Virus record (IMG/VR): IMGVR_UViG_2565956960_000004
Location: 12,102-76,101 of that record
Reading direction: 5' to 3' (one strand)
Length of the DNA: 64,000 bases
DNA from: a virus
Taxonomy: Duplodnaviria; Caudoviricetes
The notes under the pieces were generated by a model. That model was given only the letters and a program-made list of their open reading frames with translations, searched no databases and had not been told where the DNA came from. Position 1 is the first letter of the stretch; the number at the start of each line of letters is the position of its first letter. Shown here one piece after another: positions 29,450 to 39,305 of the stretch. The position numbers were made by a program, and so were the translations under genes.

Positions 29450-30837
29450 TGGGATTAATTGACGATAATTTATCTTGGGATGTGACTATTACGAATAACG
29501 GAATAGTCAGTTATTTCGAAGCTTTATCCAAAACAACAATTAAAGCGGGGAGAACGGAGACTTTTCGCATTGGCAGCACATTGTTGGCTAATCAAATCAT
29601 AAGTAATGTAAAACAAGAGAATGATTTAAAAAAGGAAAATCTTATTGTTGCCACTAAACAGTTGGTTGCTCAATCAGGTGAAGTTGACTTAACTGATTAC
29701 TATACAAAAGATGAAGTGGATCAAATTTTAGCTGATATACCTGGTGGAGGTGGGGATTATAATTTCTCAGTCAAAGAGCTTGATTTAGTTGCTACTGCAC
29801 AAAGAACACCAACAACAATGCTTGTGACGCCTGATGTGGCCAATACAATTGATGGATCAAGCACGGTCGGAAAAATTACCGCGAATAACCAAGTGAAAGG
29901 TGGATATTTAAAAGTTATCGCTGGTGAGATCAAGCTTTCAATTGATCGGACAACGCCGTCTAGTAATATATTCGTAAACTTTGAGAGTGAGCCTACGGCT
30001 GCATTTGATGCAAACGGCGGCATCCCCTTTGGTAAAGTTGTTTTTGGTTGCGCATTTATTAATGATGCAACATTTCTTATTGCTGGCTATACAGAAGCAC
30101 CCATCCAAATTCTTTTACCGCCTGAAGGATTAAACCCCTTAGAAGAAGTCAGTTTTATCTTTGATCAAAATAAGATCCATTTAAAGCATAACGGGGTGAT
30201 ACTTGAAACGTATATAAATCCTTCAGCACTCGGTAAATATTGGCAATTACTAAATGCTTCAGAGTTGCCTGATAATTACGAAACTATTTTCGATTTGAGT
30301 GAAGCTTTATCGGATATACGCTACAAACTACCTGAGACAGTTAAAGATGGTGATAATTTTCATTTAATTAGCGATGGAGAGTTGTTTAATAAAAAATTGG
30401 TGGCAGGTGATTACATAACGGTTTATGGAAATAAGAGCAATGTAACCGTTCTACGGTTGCCATCCGATCAGTTACCAACAACAAAACTTACATTACCCAT
30501 TACTTATTATCTGCAAGAACATGCATCAAAAGAGCTAAAAGCATACTACGACACTGAATTACGCGCAGTGTTCGTGTTTGGCTTATTTCATCTAAGCTCT
30601 TTTCCGAATCAAAGCAACATTGTTTTTGAAATTGATCTAAGTCAAATAAGTCTTAGTGCACCGAATTTAAATGCTATGGATTTGATTACTTATCATGGGA
30701 ACAGTATTCAACGTGTGGGTGTAGTGTTTTCAAGAGAAGAAAAGTTGCTAAGGGTTAGAGTCGATCCAAATTTATTCGGTGGAACTGGTGAAAGCTACTT
30801 TTTATTATCAAATTTAGTGTTACAAGCAACTTTATAA
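29446..30837 (+). CDS. Fibre-like structural protein
   Basis: DLTDYYTKDEVD fibre hinge motif followed by beta-rich domains. Confidence 0.55.
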   Translation: MMGLIDDNLSWDVTITNNGIVSYFEALSKTTIKAGRTETFRIGSTLLANQIISNVKQENDLKKENLIVATKQLVAQSGEVDLTDYYTKDEVDQILADIPGGGGDYNFSVKELDLVATAQRTPTTMLVTPDVANTIDGSSTVGKITANNQVKGGYLKVIAGEIKLSIDRTTPSSNIFVNFESEPTAAFDANGGIPFGKVVFGCAFINDATFLIAGYTEAPIQILLPPEGLNPLEEVSFIFDQNKIHLKHNGVILETYINPSALGKYWQLLNASELPDNYETIFDLSEALSDIRYKLPETVKDGDNFHLISDGELFNKKLVAGDYITVYGNKSNVTVLRLPSDQLPTTKLTLPITYYLQEHASKELKAYYDTELRAVFVFGLFHLSSFPNQSNIVFEIDLSQISLSAPNLNAMDLITYHGNSIQRVGVVFSREEKLLRVRVDPNLFGGTGESYFLLSNLVLQATL

Positions 30838-30848
30838 GGAGATTACTA

Positions 30849-31277
30849 ATGTTACAGACATATGATTTGCCTCAGGAAGTTGTCATAGAGATTTTTAACA
30901 AGGCACAGGTATCTTATTCAATAAACGGGAATGAATTTAATATCTTTCCATTTCATTTAAGCAATGCACAACGAGCATTAACAGCGTATTTTGTGTCGCA
31001 AAGGCCTAAAAATCTTCTGCCGGTTCAGTTTTATTTTTTATTGGCGAATTGTGGTTTAGACAAAGTACTTAATCCCTTATTGGATGCTGTAGAGACGACC
31101 GACAAAGTTAAGTACGCAATGTATAAGGCATATTTGAACGGTGCTCGATATTACGAATTTTCGAAAGCAGTTGGCCTATATACAGAGCTTAAAGACAAGA
31201 TTATTGCGATTAATCCAGAACTGGATTTTAGCGTTAATCAGTTGGAGGCAATGTGGGTTAGTGCATCTCAAATTTGA
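30849..31277 (+). CDS. Hypothetical protein (fibre-assembly-like)
   Basis: AGGAG RBS. Follows the fibre-like gene. Confidence 0.6.
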   Translation: MLQTYDLPQEVVIEIFNKAQVSYSINGNEFNIFPFHLSNAQRALTAYFVSQRPKNLLPVQFYFLLANCGLDKVLNPLLDAVETTDKVKYAMYKAYLNGARYYEFSKAVGLYTELKDKIIAINPELDFSVNQLEAMWVSASQI

Positions 31278-31278
31278 C

Positions 31279-31318
31279 CGGAACTTTTCACTTTGAAATT
31301 TTGGAATTGCTGAATAAT
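31279..31318 (+). promoter_or_regulatory. Putative late promoter CGGAAC-N28-AATAAT
   Basis: Variant of the shared motif. Confidence 0.6.
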
Positions 31319-31348
31319 GAAAATTATTCTTTTTGGTGATTTCAAACT

Positions 31349-31651
31349 ATGACTTTTTTAGTAATCAATGAAAGTGGTAAAGCGGTGGGTGATAAAGGAA
31401 TGGTGGCCCAATGTACATCAGCTATCTTTAATTACCAGGTCATTGGAGCTGGTGCCGCCGTGGATTTTTTCGGTAGTAATCATCCATCAGCAGATGTTGA
31501 AAATGAGGAGCATTGGTCTCCAATCGTTAAGGTTGAAGCTGGAACACCAGATACCGAACCATTCCGGCAGCATGCTTGGGATAAGATACGTTATGTAGTG
31601 ACGGCTGGAGCTAATGTTGAAATCTATGTATCAAGTGGAGTCAGTGGTTAA
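31349..31651 (+). CDS. Small beta-rich structural protein
   Basis: ORF between a promoter motif and a terminator. Confidence 0.7.
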   Translation: MTFLVINESGKAVGDKGMVAQCTSAIFNYQVIGAGAAVDFFGSNHPSADVENEEHWSPIVKVEAGTPDTEPFRQHAWDKIRYVVTAGANVEIYVSSGVSG

Positions 31652-31682
31652 AACCAAACTATTTCTTGATCCAGCAAAAAAT

Positions 31683-31712
31683 AACCATTCTTTAAATAAG
31701 AGTGGTTTTTTT
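31683..31712 (+). terminator. Intrinsic terminator
   Basis: AACCATTCTT..AAGAGTGGTT plus T-tract. Confidence 0.65.
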
Positions 31713-31755
31713 ATTTATAAAGCCTTGAAATTGAGCCTCGATATAGACAACCAAT

Positions 31756-31795
31756 TGGAACAGACCAAAATGCTGTTTTTTTCGCATGAGAAAGT
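31756..31795 (+). promoter_or_regulatory. Putative late promoter TGGAAC-N28-GAAAGT
   Basis: Shared motif upstream of the capsid gene. Confidence 0.65.
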
Positions 31796-31838
31796 AGGAC
31801 ATGAATTTTCATAAACCTAATTTCCGCAGGTGAAAAAA

Positions 31839-33605
31839 ATGTTTGATTTACCAGATCAACAAAGCAATCAATATCAGGCGCAAGTTTCAGCTGTAAACCA
31901 ATGCCAGAATTATTTCTATCAGCAAGGTGAGACAACTGGATTTGATAGCGCCCAAGGGATGCCTGAAACAAAACCAACGGCATTAAATAATATTTTAAAT
32001 CTTGTTGGTTTTGACAGCGCTGGTGATATTGATAATGCGATCAAAGTGGGTATTTCTCAATACCAATATTGCCACGGCGGTGAATTACCGCATGCTTCAG
32101 TACTTGCTACTGCCTTAGATGCTGGTTTAGCTATGGCAAAGGCAGTAGATAAATATACTGATACCCAAAAGCAAAGCCTTCTAAAATTAGAAAGCGGATT
32201 TGATGATGTGAGCAATACACATCAAGAATCTGTAAGTATTGTGCCAGCAATGACGGTTGCGACAATTGCTACAGTGATTGCATATGCGGCCCCGATCATT
32301 GCTTATATTCCAAATAACAATGGTTCAAACGAAGTGCCAATTGTTGCCGCCCGTTTTGTGACAGATCGTGCATTCGGCGCAATGAATAAAGGCGATTATC
32401 TGGATGGTGTAAATGCATCTAAACCATATTCAGAAGGCCGTTTCCGCTTTGCATTGAGTAATGGTGGGAATGGTGCAGTTTATACGGTAGTTGCTCGTAC
32501 ACAATACGAAGACTTCGCTGCTAAAACACCGAAAGCAGGGGCGCCATTGTTACCTTTCATCGGTGGAAATATCTCTATCCGAATTAATGGTAAAGAAGTT
32601 GCTCATACGCGTAACCGTAGTAAATCAAAACTTGCTGGCCAAATTTCAGCAATTGCTGAGAAAAAAGCGGTAATTGCTGGTACCGAATATACTGTAGCTG
32701 GAAGTGCTATCAATTTAGATACCAGCGAAATTTCGGTCACTTTAAATCAAGCCTTGCCTGCTGGTGCCAAGTTAGAAGTATTCTTAGTGGCTGATTTTGA
32801 TGCACGTGATAACTCAAATAAATTTAAGCTTGAACCAGTAGGTGTAAGTATTGCACCTGATTATGACTCGCTTGTGAGCTCTCCAATCGTAACGCAAATC
32901 CGCGCATCTAAATTGTTAGTGAACCAGGTAACTAATGAACTAAATGTAGGTTTTGTGGGTACGGCGGTGGCTTTAATGCAAGGTAAAATTTACCTTGAGC
33001 AAACTGTTCGATTGCTTGGTGAAGGTAAAGAGCGTGCTCTATACAACGAGCGTGAATATACCTTTGATGCAAGCCGTGGTGTTACAGGCAACCTAGCCGC
33101 TGCATACAATACTACAGGCGACTTGTTTGGCGAGTTAATGAAGTACATTGAAGCAGCCAAAACAAAGATTATCCAAGACACAGGCGGCGCAACTGTAGGT
33201 TTTGATTTACACGTCGGTGATAGCGCTAAAGTGTTCTTTGCTCAATTATCTTCTGACAAGATGCCAACCAAAACTGGTGCAACAGCGGGCCATGGTCAAA
33301 TTGTTCGAATCGGTACATTAGCAGATGGTACGAATGTTTATCACGTGCCGAGTTCTGCGGAAGTACTTGTGGAAGCAGGTCAAGCATTCGAGATGCTATT
33401 AGTGGGACGCGGAAGTGAACCGGTTCGCAATCCACTTGTTGGCTTTATCGAAATGCCTTTGACAGTCAGCGAAGCTACACCAGATCCGCGTGAGACGCTT
33501 TTAGGCTTGATTGGTTCGCAGGCGGCAGAACTGAATCCATTGGATCGCTACGCTGATCAATTTGCATTGATCAAAGCAATCAATATGCCGAAGCTCAAAG
33601 ACTAA
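31839..33605 (+). CDS. Major capsid protein (P1 gp23-like)
   Basis: Size ~590 aa, RIGTL.DG..VY motif, probable N-terminal propeptide, late context. Confidence 0.7.
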   Translation: MFDLPDQQSNQYQAQVSAVNQCQNYFYQQGETTGFDSAQGMPETKPTALNNILNLVGFDSAGDIDNAIKVGISQYQYCHGGELPHASVLATALDAGLAMAKAVDKYTDTQKQSLLKLESGFDDVSNTHQESVSIVPAMTVATIATVIAYAAPIIAYIPNNNGSNEVPIVAARFVTDRAFGAMNKGDYLDGVNASKPYSEGRFRFALSNGGNGAVYTVVARTQYEDFAAKTPKAGAPLLPFIGGNISIRINGKEVAHTRNRSKSKLAGQISAIAEKKAVIAGTEYTVAGSAINLDTSEISVTLNQALPAGAKLEVFLVADFDARDNSNKFKLEPVGVSIAPDYDSLVSSPIVTQIRASKLLVNQVTNELNVGFVGTAVALMQGKIYLEQTVRLLGEGKERALYNEREYTFDASRGVTGNLAAAYNTTGDLFGELMKYIEAAKTKIIQDTGGATVGFDLHVGDSAKVFFAQLSSDKMPTKTGATAGHGQIVRIGTLADGTNVYHVPSSAEVLVEAGQAFEMLLVGRGSEPVRNPLVGFIEMPLTVSEATPDPRETLLGLIGSQAAELNPLDRYADQFALIKAINMPKLKD

Positions 33606-33680
33606 TAACGATTACAGGATAAGGTGCTAGATGCGCCTTATCTTGTTTCATTAATAACTCAAAAAGGCTGGTACATTCTT

Positions 33681-34367
33681 ATGACTGATGTTCAACAAAA
33701 TCCACAAGACGAAACTGAAAATACAAAGGCTACAACAGGGCCGAGAAAACGTGGACCAAAACCCAAAAATGCAGCAGACAATGCGGCTGGTAACAATACA
33801 GAACCTAAATCTCAAAACGAGCAACAAGGCGCAGAGGAAAGCTCTGGCGTTATTTCTTCATCACAGACAGAGTTACAGTCATCAACTGAATCATTAGGCA
33901 ACCATTCACCAGAAGCTTCAAATGCTCAAGGTGAGGCATCTAAAGATGAAGGTGATCAGTCTAGTGTTGATCAAAATAAATCTGATGATGGTACCAGTGA
34001 CAACGTGAACTCTGGCCCTGAAAATAACCAAGGCCAACAAGCACAACAAGTTACATCGGGTGGGAATTCAGACCCTAGTCAATCTGGTGATGAACAATCC
34101 AAGACTGAACAGGTAAATAACAACGAAAATATTGTTGTTCAGGAAACCGCCAAAGCAGACATTAAACCTAAAAAAGGCTTAATTGTTAAAGTAAAGAATG
34201 TTGGACTAAAAGCAGTCTATGAACCCCATTCAAAAATCTCAATTGAACCTGGTGATGAAGGAACAATAATCGAATGTGCTAATCATGCTGACTTAAAAAG
34301 TGTGTTAGCAAATATTGATCAATTAAATGCCCTTGGTAAAAAAATTAAGGTTGTAAATGATGAATGA
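33681..34367 (+). CDS. Low-complexity protein with C-terminal NIDQLNAL domain
   Basis: S/N/Q/E-rich linker. C-terminal domain is paralogous to the next gene. Confidence 0.7.
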   Translation: MTDVQQNPQDETENTKATTGPRKRGPKPKNAADNAAGNNTEPKSQNEQQGAEESSGVISSSQTELQSSTESLGNHSPEASNAQGEASKDEGDQSSVDQNKSDDGTSDNVNSGPENNQGQQAQQVTSGGNSDPSQSGDEQSKTEQVNNNENIVVQETAKADIKPKKGLIVKVKNVGLKAVYEPHSKISIEPGDEGTIIECANHADLKSVLANIDQLNALGKKIKVVNDE

Positions 34368-34629
34368 GTTTGATGGTACAAATCCGATCTTAAATGCGTT
34401 GGGTGATCAACCGGTCATTCGTGATGTATCAATGCTGAATAAAGGGGCAACTCGAAAAATTGAACCTTTGACGGGGGTACATCTTCAGCCTGGTCAAACT
34501 ATTGAAATTCGTGTTACTGGTGAAGTGGCATTTAATACGATCAAGAACAATATTGATCAATTAAATGCACTCAATGGCAACTTGATTGAGTTTGAATCTG
34601 TAATAGTGGAAGAAGATGACCCCGAGTAA
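34357..34629 (+). CDS. Small NIDQLNAL-domain protein
   Basis: Paralog of the preceding C-terminal domain. Confidence 0.7.
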   Translation: MMNEFDGTNPILNALGDQPVIRDVSMLNKGATRKIEPLTGVHLQPGQTIEIRVTGEVAFNTIKNNIDQLNALNGNLIEFESVIVEEDDPE

Positions 34630-34645
34630 CCAGATCAAAACCAAT

Positions 34646-34672
34646 GAAACTCTACCTTGTGTGGAGTTTTTT
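34646..34672 (+). terminator. Intrinsic terminator
   Basis: AAACTCTAC..GTGGAGTTT plus T-tract, before a GGAAC motif. Confidence 0.6.
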
Positions 34673-34677
34673 CATAT

Positions 34678-34717
34678 TGGAACTATTGAAATTCTAAAAA
34701 TTAGATGAGAGCAAAAT
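34678..34717 (+). promoter_or_regulatory. Putative late promoter TGGAAC-N28-CAAAAT
   Basis: Shared motif. Confidence 0.75.
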
Positions 34718-34748
34718 AACTTAAACGTTTAGCCAAAGGGCAAACAGA

Positions 34749-35012
34749 GTGAACACAACAAAAATTCTCGGTGAGGCCGTTGGTATCCAAAGCCAAGGCA
34801 CTATCGACAAAACAGAGACACAAACAAATGCCGGACTGACCAGCGCCGTGATTGTGGGGCAGTTTATGCGTGGGCGGTTTGATCAGCCAATGTCGATTCA
34901 TCAGGGCAACATCCGCGGCCAACTCGGATATGAACCACAGAATCCTTATTACATTGCAGTTCAGGATTGCTTAGACACTGGCGTGCCAAGTGTGCAAGTG
35001 CTACGTGTCGGC
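34749..35012 (+). repeat. 264-bp dispersed repeat, copy 1
   Basis: Aligns without gaps to 40195-40458 and 54444-54707. Confidence 0.9.
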
Positions 35013-35033
35013 CATTCAAATGTAGAGAGCTAA
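34749..35033 (+). CDS. Stand-alone sheath-N-like 88-aa module (copy 1)
   Basis: Near-identical to the N-termini of 40195 and 54444. IVG..RG..P..I....V.VLRV resembles sheath N-terminal domains. Confidence 0.7.
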   Translation: MNTTKILGEAVGIQSQGTIDKTETQTNAGLTSAVIVGQFMRGRFDQPMSIHQGNIRGQLGYEPQNPYYIAVQDCLDTGVPSVQVLRVGHSNVES

Positions 35034-35043
35034 TGGAGCATTT

Positions 35044-36333
35044 ATGTATAACTTAAAATTGATGAGTAATGGTAATTTGTCCATTGGTGGCGTAGGTACA
35101 GATGTTTTAAGCCTGGACTTTCTAACATTCAATTATTTGCAAAATACTGAATTAGAGGTTGCTTTTTTCAGCAAGATTGGTGCGCCATCATTAGCAGATA
35201 TTACTATGCGTTTACGCATCATTGATGCAATAACCGGTGATGAAGTTATTCGCATTCAGGGCATTGTTGATAGTGATCCTGAGAATATGGCTTCGATTGT
35301 TTCTGTTGCAGATGCAACCGAAGAATTTGAAGAATTTAGCTTAAGTTTTCAACCGGAAGCTTTAGATGGAATTTTGAATTCTGATGCATTCAACCCATCT
35401 AACAGCTTAGGGCGTAATAAGGTTTTTCTCACTTTAATTGATGAGCCGACACCGCCTTTTAATCCAGATGAAACAGTAAAAATCTTGACCAAGCTTGTGG
35501 ACCCGCCATCTTATATCGCTTTACCAGTTGCAGATAACTTACCTCTATATGTAGCTTGTTTGCGCGTAGCCGAAAAGTTGAATATTCCGCTGGATGTAGA
35601 GATTGATCCAACAATTACCGAAGATCAAGCAGCCCAACTTGCTGAGAGCTTGGATGCGCAAAACCACCGAGTTCAATTGATTTGGTCGCCAAATATTTGC
35701 CGTCCTCGAGATGCAATTTCATTAAGAGGTCGCAAAGTACCGGCAACTTATATTGGGCAATATATTGGTGACAAATTACTACGCAATGCTCGGACTAATG
35801 CGAAGGGTTTTGCGCCAATTCATTATGCTGTTGCTTGGAAGGATTATCCATTCAAGAAAAAAGCCTTAAAACAAAGGCCAGATATTGATTTAGAAGATGA
35901 ACAAACCTTAGAAATGCTTGCCAAAGCAAAAGTTAACGTTGTTCGGCCTATCAAGTTTGATAATGGTGTTCAGTTTGTTTTAAGTGATGTCTTAACACAA
36001 TATCAAAGTAAAAATAGTGCATTACGGTTAATTAACGCAGCTGAAATCGCGATGCGTACCAAGAATGATACGGTCAATATTCTTAAAAATCATATGCTGA
36101 AGCCAACCGAAGATTACTTGGAAAAGGCAAGCAAAGAAATTGAAAAATATCTATCTGATGCTGCAACTTCAGGTTGGTTGAAACCCGCAGAAGAATTAAG
36201 TGGTCAACCGTATGTATTCCGTTTAATACCAGATAACGATTTTCCATTTGAACGAGTGCGTTTATATCTTGCCCGCCGTCCAGAAGGTGCAACCCGAGCA
36301 GTAATCTTTGATGAAGATGTTCTAGTTAAATAA
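35044..36333 (+). CDS. Contractile tail sheath protein
   Basis: C-terminal sheath-like pattern (KVNVVRP..SDVLT..LRLIN..YL.....GWL). Late context. Confidence 0.7.
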   Translation: MYNLKLMSNGNLSIGGVGTDVLSLDFLTFNYLQNTELEVAFFSKIGAPSLADITMRLRIIDAITGDEVIRIQGIVDSDPENMASIVSVADATEEFEEFSLSFQPEALDGILNSDAFNPSNSLGRNKVFLTLIDEPTPPFNPDETVKILTKLVDPPSYIALPVADNLPLYVACLRVAEKLNIPLDVEIDPTITEDQAAQLAESLDAQNHRVQLIWSPNICRPRDAISLRGRKVPATYIGQYIGDKLLRNARTNAKGFAPIHYAVAWKDYPFKKKALKQRPDIDLEDEQTLEMLAKAKVNVVRPIKFDNGVQFVLSDVLTQYQSKNSALRLINAAEIAMRTKNDTVNILKNHMLKPTEDYLEKASKEIEKYLSDAATSGWLKPAEELSGQPYVFRLIPDNDFPFERVRLYLARRPEGATRAVIFDEDVLVK

Positions 36334-36345
36334 TAGGTGATAAAA

Positions 36346-37119
36346 ATGTTTGGATCAAAAAGTCCGTTTAATATGAAGCCGCAGCAAAACGTTCTTCGTG
36401 AATTTGACTCAGCTGCAGCTGAAATTTCTACAAGCGTAACAGCATTAACCAGCTCAATCCGAGAAGAACTTTCTTTTATTGAGCATGTGCGCGAAATGGC
36501 CTTGCATATCGTTTCGGATTTGGTTGATGCAGTCACCGACAACACTTTAGATGAAGGTGAATTGCCCACTGATCGTTTGGATGCGCTTATCTTGGATGCT
36601 ATTGATGGTGATGATGAAGATCAAACCTTCGAAGATGCGTTAGTTGCATCTATTGATGATGCATTATCGAGCTTTGGTGTAGATGATTCGGTTATCGCTG
36701 AAATTTTTAGTGATAATGTTGAGGCGGCTGATGCAGCAATTGAAGCTGCTGCAAATACAGTGATTGCCAATATGCCAGATGATGGAGATCCGATGGATGA
36801 GTTTGTACGTGAGTTCATCTATGGCGAACCAGATGAAGAAGATGGATTTGATTCAGCTGGAGGCAAGAAAAAGCTTTCCCGCGGTCAAATGAGCGTTAAG
36901 CGTGTTGGTGGTCGTAAAGTGCGTTACAAGGCAATTGCAGCTATTCGTAATGGTGTTAAAAAGATCGTCAATAAACGCTTACCTGGTCAGAAGATTCGTC
37001 TTTCAGCTGAGCAAAAAGCCGGTCTTAAAAAAGCAAATCTTAAAGCCCGGTCAGCGAATGCTATTCGACTGCGAATTAGATCGCTTAAAAAAGGTAAAAA
37101 AATCGGACTTTATAAATAA
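36346..37119 (+). CDS. Prohead core/scaffold-like protein (acidic N-terminus, basic C-terminus)
   Basis: Sharp D/E to K/R charge switch at GFDSAGG. RLSAEQK..LKKA..R.RSLK tail resembles T4-type core proteins. Confidence 0.55.
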   Translation: MFGSKSPFNMKPQQNVLREFDSAAAEISTSVTALTSSIREELSFIEHVREMALHIVSDLVDAVTDNTLDEGELPTDRLDALILDAIDGDDEDQTFEDALVASIDDALSSFGVDDSVIAEIFSDNVEAADAAIEAAANTVIANMPDDGDPMDEFVREFIYGEPDEEDGFDSAGGKKKLSRGQMSVKRVGGRKVRYKAIAAIRNGVKKIVNKRLPGQKIRLSAEQKAGLKKANLKARSANAIRLRIRSLKKGKKIGLYK

Positions 37120-37131
37120 TTTGTAAATTAT

Positions 37132-37163
37132 AAAAAAGAAGCTATTTAATAGCTTCTTTTTTT
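37132..37163. terminator. Intrinsic terminator
   Basis: AAAAAAGAAGCTATT-T-AATAGCTTCTTTTTT. Confidence 0.75.
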
Positions 37164-37274
37164 ATTAACTTAATTTTATCGTTAGTTATAATCTTTTAGA
37201 TATTATTAAAATTTCGTGTATTTAAATAAAACATATGACATATTAATATTTTAATAATAAAAAAAGGGGTAATT

Positions 37275-37871
37275 ATGAAAATATACTTAATTAGTATTTT
37301 AATGATAATTTCAACTGGAACATATGCAGGGGTTACGATCACCGGAACTGGAGAAACACCTGAATTAGCATGTTGGAATCATGATTATAATGCAAATGAA
37401 AGAGCTAGAGATCGCACTACATGCTATACAAGCTGTAAACCAGATAAAGTATCTTTTGATGGTAATCTATATAAATTTAGTTCCGGCGTACCAAATCATA
37501 GGGGAAGTTGTAAAAAAGCGAAATATGATAGGGGGTACAGAGGTAGGGATTGGTTCTTATCAAACTATCCCAAACCTGGATCAAAAATAGAAGTAAAAAA
37601 GGAAAAAAATAATTCTGATTTTAGTAATGAAATTAGGAATGGCGTTAACTCTGCTGTTTTGCAAACTAATGGAAATAATGCTGCTTTGGTAGTAACAAAT
37701 CCAACAAATTATAGAGGTAGAACATTCTATAAAGTTTATGTAAGGGATACAGGATATTCATTCCCACAAAGAGTAATAGAGTCTGGAGAGGTAATTGTAG
37801 ATCCAAAGACAACTTGGGTTAAACATTTTCATCAATGGAGGGCAGCAGATTGGAATCTAGAATACCAATAA
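37275..37871 (+). CDS. Secreted hypothetical protein (moron)
   Basis: Signal peptide, 4 Cys, AT-rich, AGGGG RBS. Confidence 0.75.
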   Translation: MKIYLISILMIISTGTYAGVTITGTGETPELACWNHDYNANERARDRTTCYTSCKPDKVSFDGNLYKFSSGVPNHRGSCKKAKYDRGYRGRDWFLSNYPKPGSKIEVKKEKNNSDFSNEIRNGVNSAVLQTNGNNAALVVTNPTNYRGRTFYKVYVRDTGYSFPQRVIESGEVIVDPKTTWVKHFHQWRAADWNLEYQ

Positions 37872-38095
37872 ATAAAATATTTTTAATAATTAGTTCGATT
37901 ATTATATTAGCCGGTTGTTCGAATACAGCTCAAACTAATAAATCGAAACTAAAGCGTATTTTTAATGATGACCCTGTAATGGAATGCCGCAAGCATTGTA
38001 ATATGAATTTTAGTGCTTGCGTTGAAACTGCTAACAGCTCAGAAGCGCGAAGTGAGTGTATTTCAACTCGTCAAGTTTGCTTGGAAGCCTGTTAA
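37835..38095 (+). CDS. Cys-rich lipoprotein (start uncertain, possibly 37868)
   Basis: Lipobox LAGC. CxxxC..C..C..CxxxC. Confidence 0.6.
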   Translation: MEGSRLESRIPINKIFLIISSIIILAGCSNTAQTNKSKLKRIFNDDPVMECRKHCNMNFSACVETANSSEARSECISTRQVCLEAC

Positions 38096-38106
38096 TATTA
38101 AAATAG

Positions 38107-38130
38107 AGAAGCCACTTAGGTGGCTTTTCT
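38107..38130 (+). terminator. Intrinsic terminator
   Basis: AAGCCAC-TTAG-GTGGCTT plus T-tract. Confidence 0.65.
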
Positions 38131-38132
38131 AA

Positions 38133-38172
38133 TGGAACTTCAAATAAATTTATCATATTAAATTGTCAAAAT
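38133..38172 (+). promoter_or_regulatory. Putative late promoter TGGAAC-N28-CAAAAT
   Basis: Shared motif. Stem 38174-38181/38202-38209 includes the ATG. Confidence 0.78.
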
Positions 38173-38202
38173 AGACGCATCAGAAAAGATTTGAGAATAA
38201 AG

Positions 38203-38850
38203 ATGCGTCAAGTCAATCCAATACTTTTAAATCAGATGCGGGCTGATGCTCTTGCTATCCAGCAACTTGGATCACCAATCTTGTCATGTCAAGGTATGTT
38301 GGTACCACGTGGCATGGAGGATTACCGCTTTTTAATCAAAAGTTGTCCGCGTCCAATCGTCAGTAATGAAGATCCGGCAGAGGTCCAGTATCCTGGTGGT
38401 TTCACTGGCATTGTCGCCGGCCCCCCTAAAACACATTACACAGGCAATTTGCAGCTTCTAGTCACTGAGGCTGGTCATGATCAACTATTTGCAGATTACG
38501 TCGTTGCAAGTAAGGGCATGATTGATTGTGATTACTATGATGGGCATGTAAAAAGCTTCACCCGTGCTTATGCACTTGAAAACTGTGCGATTCGATTTGA
38601 AATGGCAGAGTTTGATACGGACAGCCGTTCCCAAGTAATGACAGTATCTTGTCCAATCGATTTCAATTTCTTCGGTAATTTTGCGACCATTGGCGGTAAT
38701 GGTACGGTGTTACCAGGTCAGCGAAATATTGAGGGTGTTCAAGGATTAGTAAACCGAGTCCAGAATGTTGTCAGTGCTGCTCAATCTGCTACTTCATTGG
38801 CAAATTCAGCTGTAAATGTTGCTCGTCAAATTGGTTCATTATTCGGGTAA
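38203..38850 (+). CDS. Tail tube-like protein
   Basis: Size and YALENC..FDTD...V..PIDFNF beta pattern. Confidence 0.55.
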   Translation: MRQVNPILLNQMRADALAIQQLGSPILSCQGMLVPRGMEDYRFLIKSCPRPIVSNEDPAEVQYPGGFTGIVAGPPKTHYTGNLQLLVTEAGHDQLFADYVVASKGMIDCDYYDGHVKSFTRAYALENCAIRFEMAEFDTDSRSQVMTVSCPIDFNFFGNFATIGGNGTVLPGQRNIEGVQGLVNRVQNVVSAAQSATSLANSAVNVARQIGSLFG

Positions 38851-38855
38851 CTGTT

Positions 38856-39305
38856 ATGCAGCTATTACCAGATGATGGATCACAAAATCCAAGAGTTGTT
38901 GCCGGTTCAATCAATGAACTGGCAATGATCTTTTATCAAAAATTACAGATGAAAGGCTATTCATTGCTTCTTGATGATGTTTTGAAAGCACTTATTGAGG
39001 AAACCAAACGATACGCTGGCTGGGCCACATTAACATGCCAGCGAGGTTCGCAGTCAATCATCTTTATCGATGAAAACTTAAGGCTTGAAGCATTCGAGTG
39101 GGTCATTATTGAACCATGCTTGAATGCTAATTGTGATTTGATTCAAGCACAGCTTGTTGAAGCCTCAAGAAGTATGGGCGGTGATGGCTTTGGAATGACA
39201 GTAAGTGAGGCTGAGCAAAACTTTAAAGAAACCAAAGAACTTATGCCTAAAAATGCATTTGTTGCTCCTCCATTCAGCTTTAAAACTATGGGAGATCGTG
39301 AGTGA
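38856..39305 (+). CDS. Hypothetical virion protein
   Basis: Late operon ORF. Confidence 0.65.
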   Translation: MQLLPDDGSQNPRVVAGSINELAMIFYQKLQMKGYSLLLDDVLKALIEETKRYAGWATLTCQRGSQSIIFIDENLRLEAFEWVIIEPCLNANCDLIQAQLVEASRSMGGDGFGMTVSEAEQNFKETKELMPKNAFVAPPFSFKTMGDRE

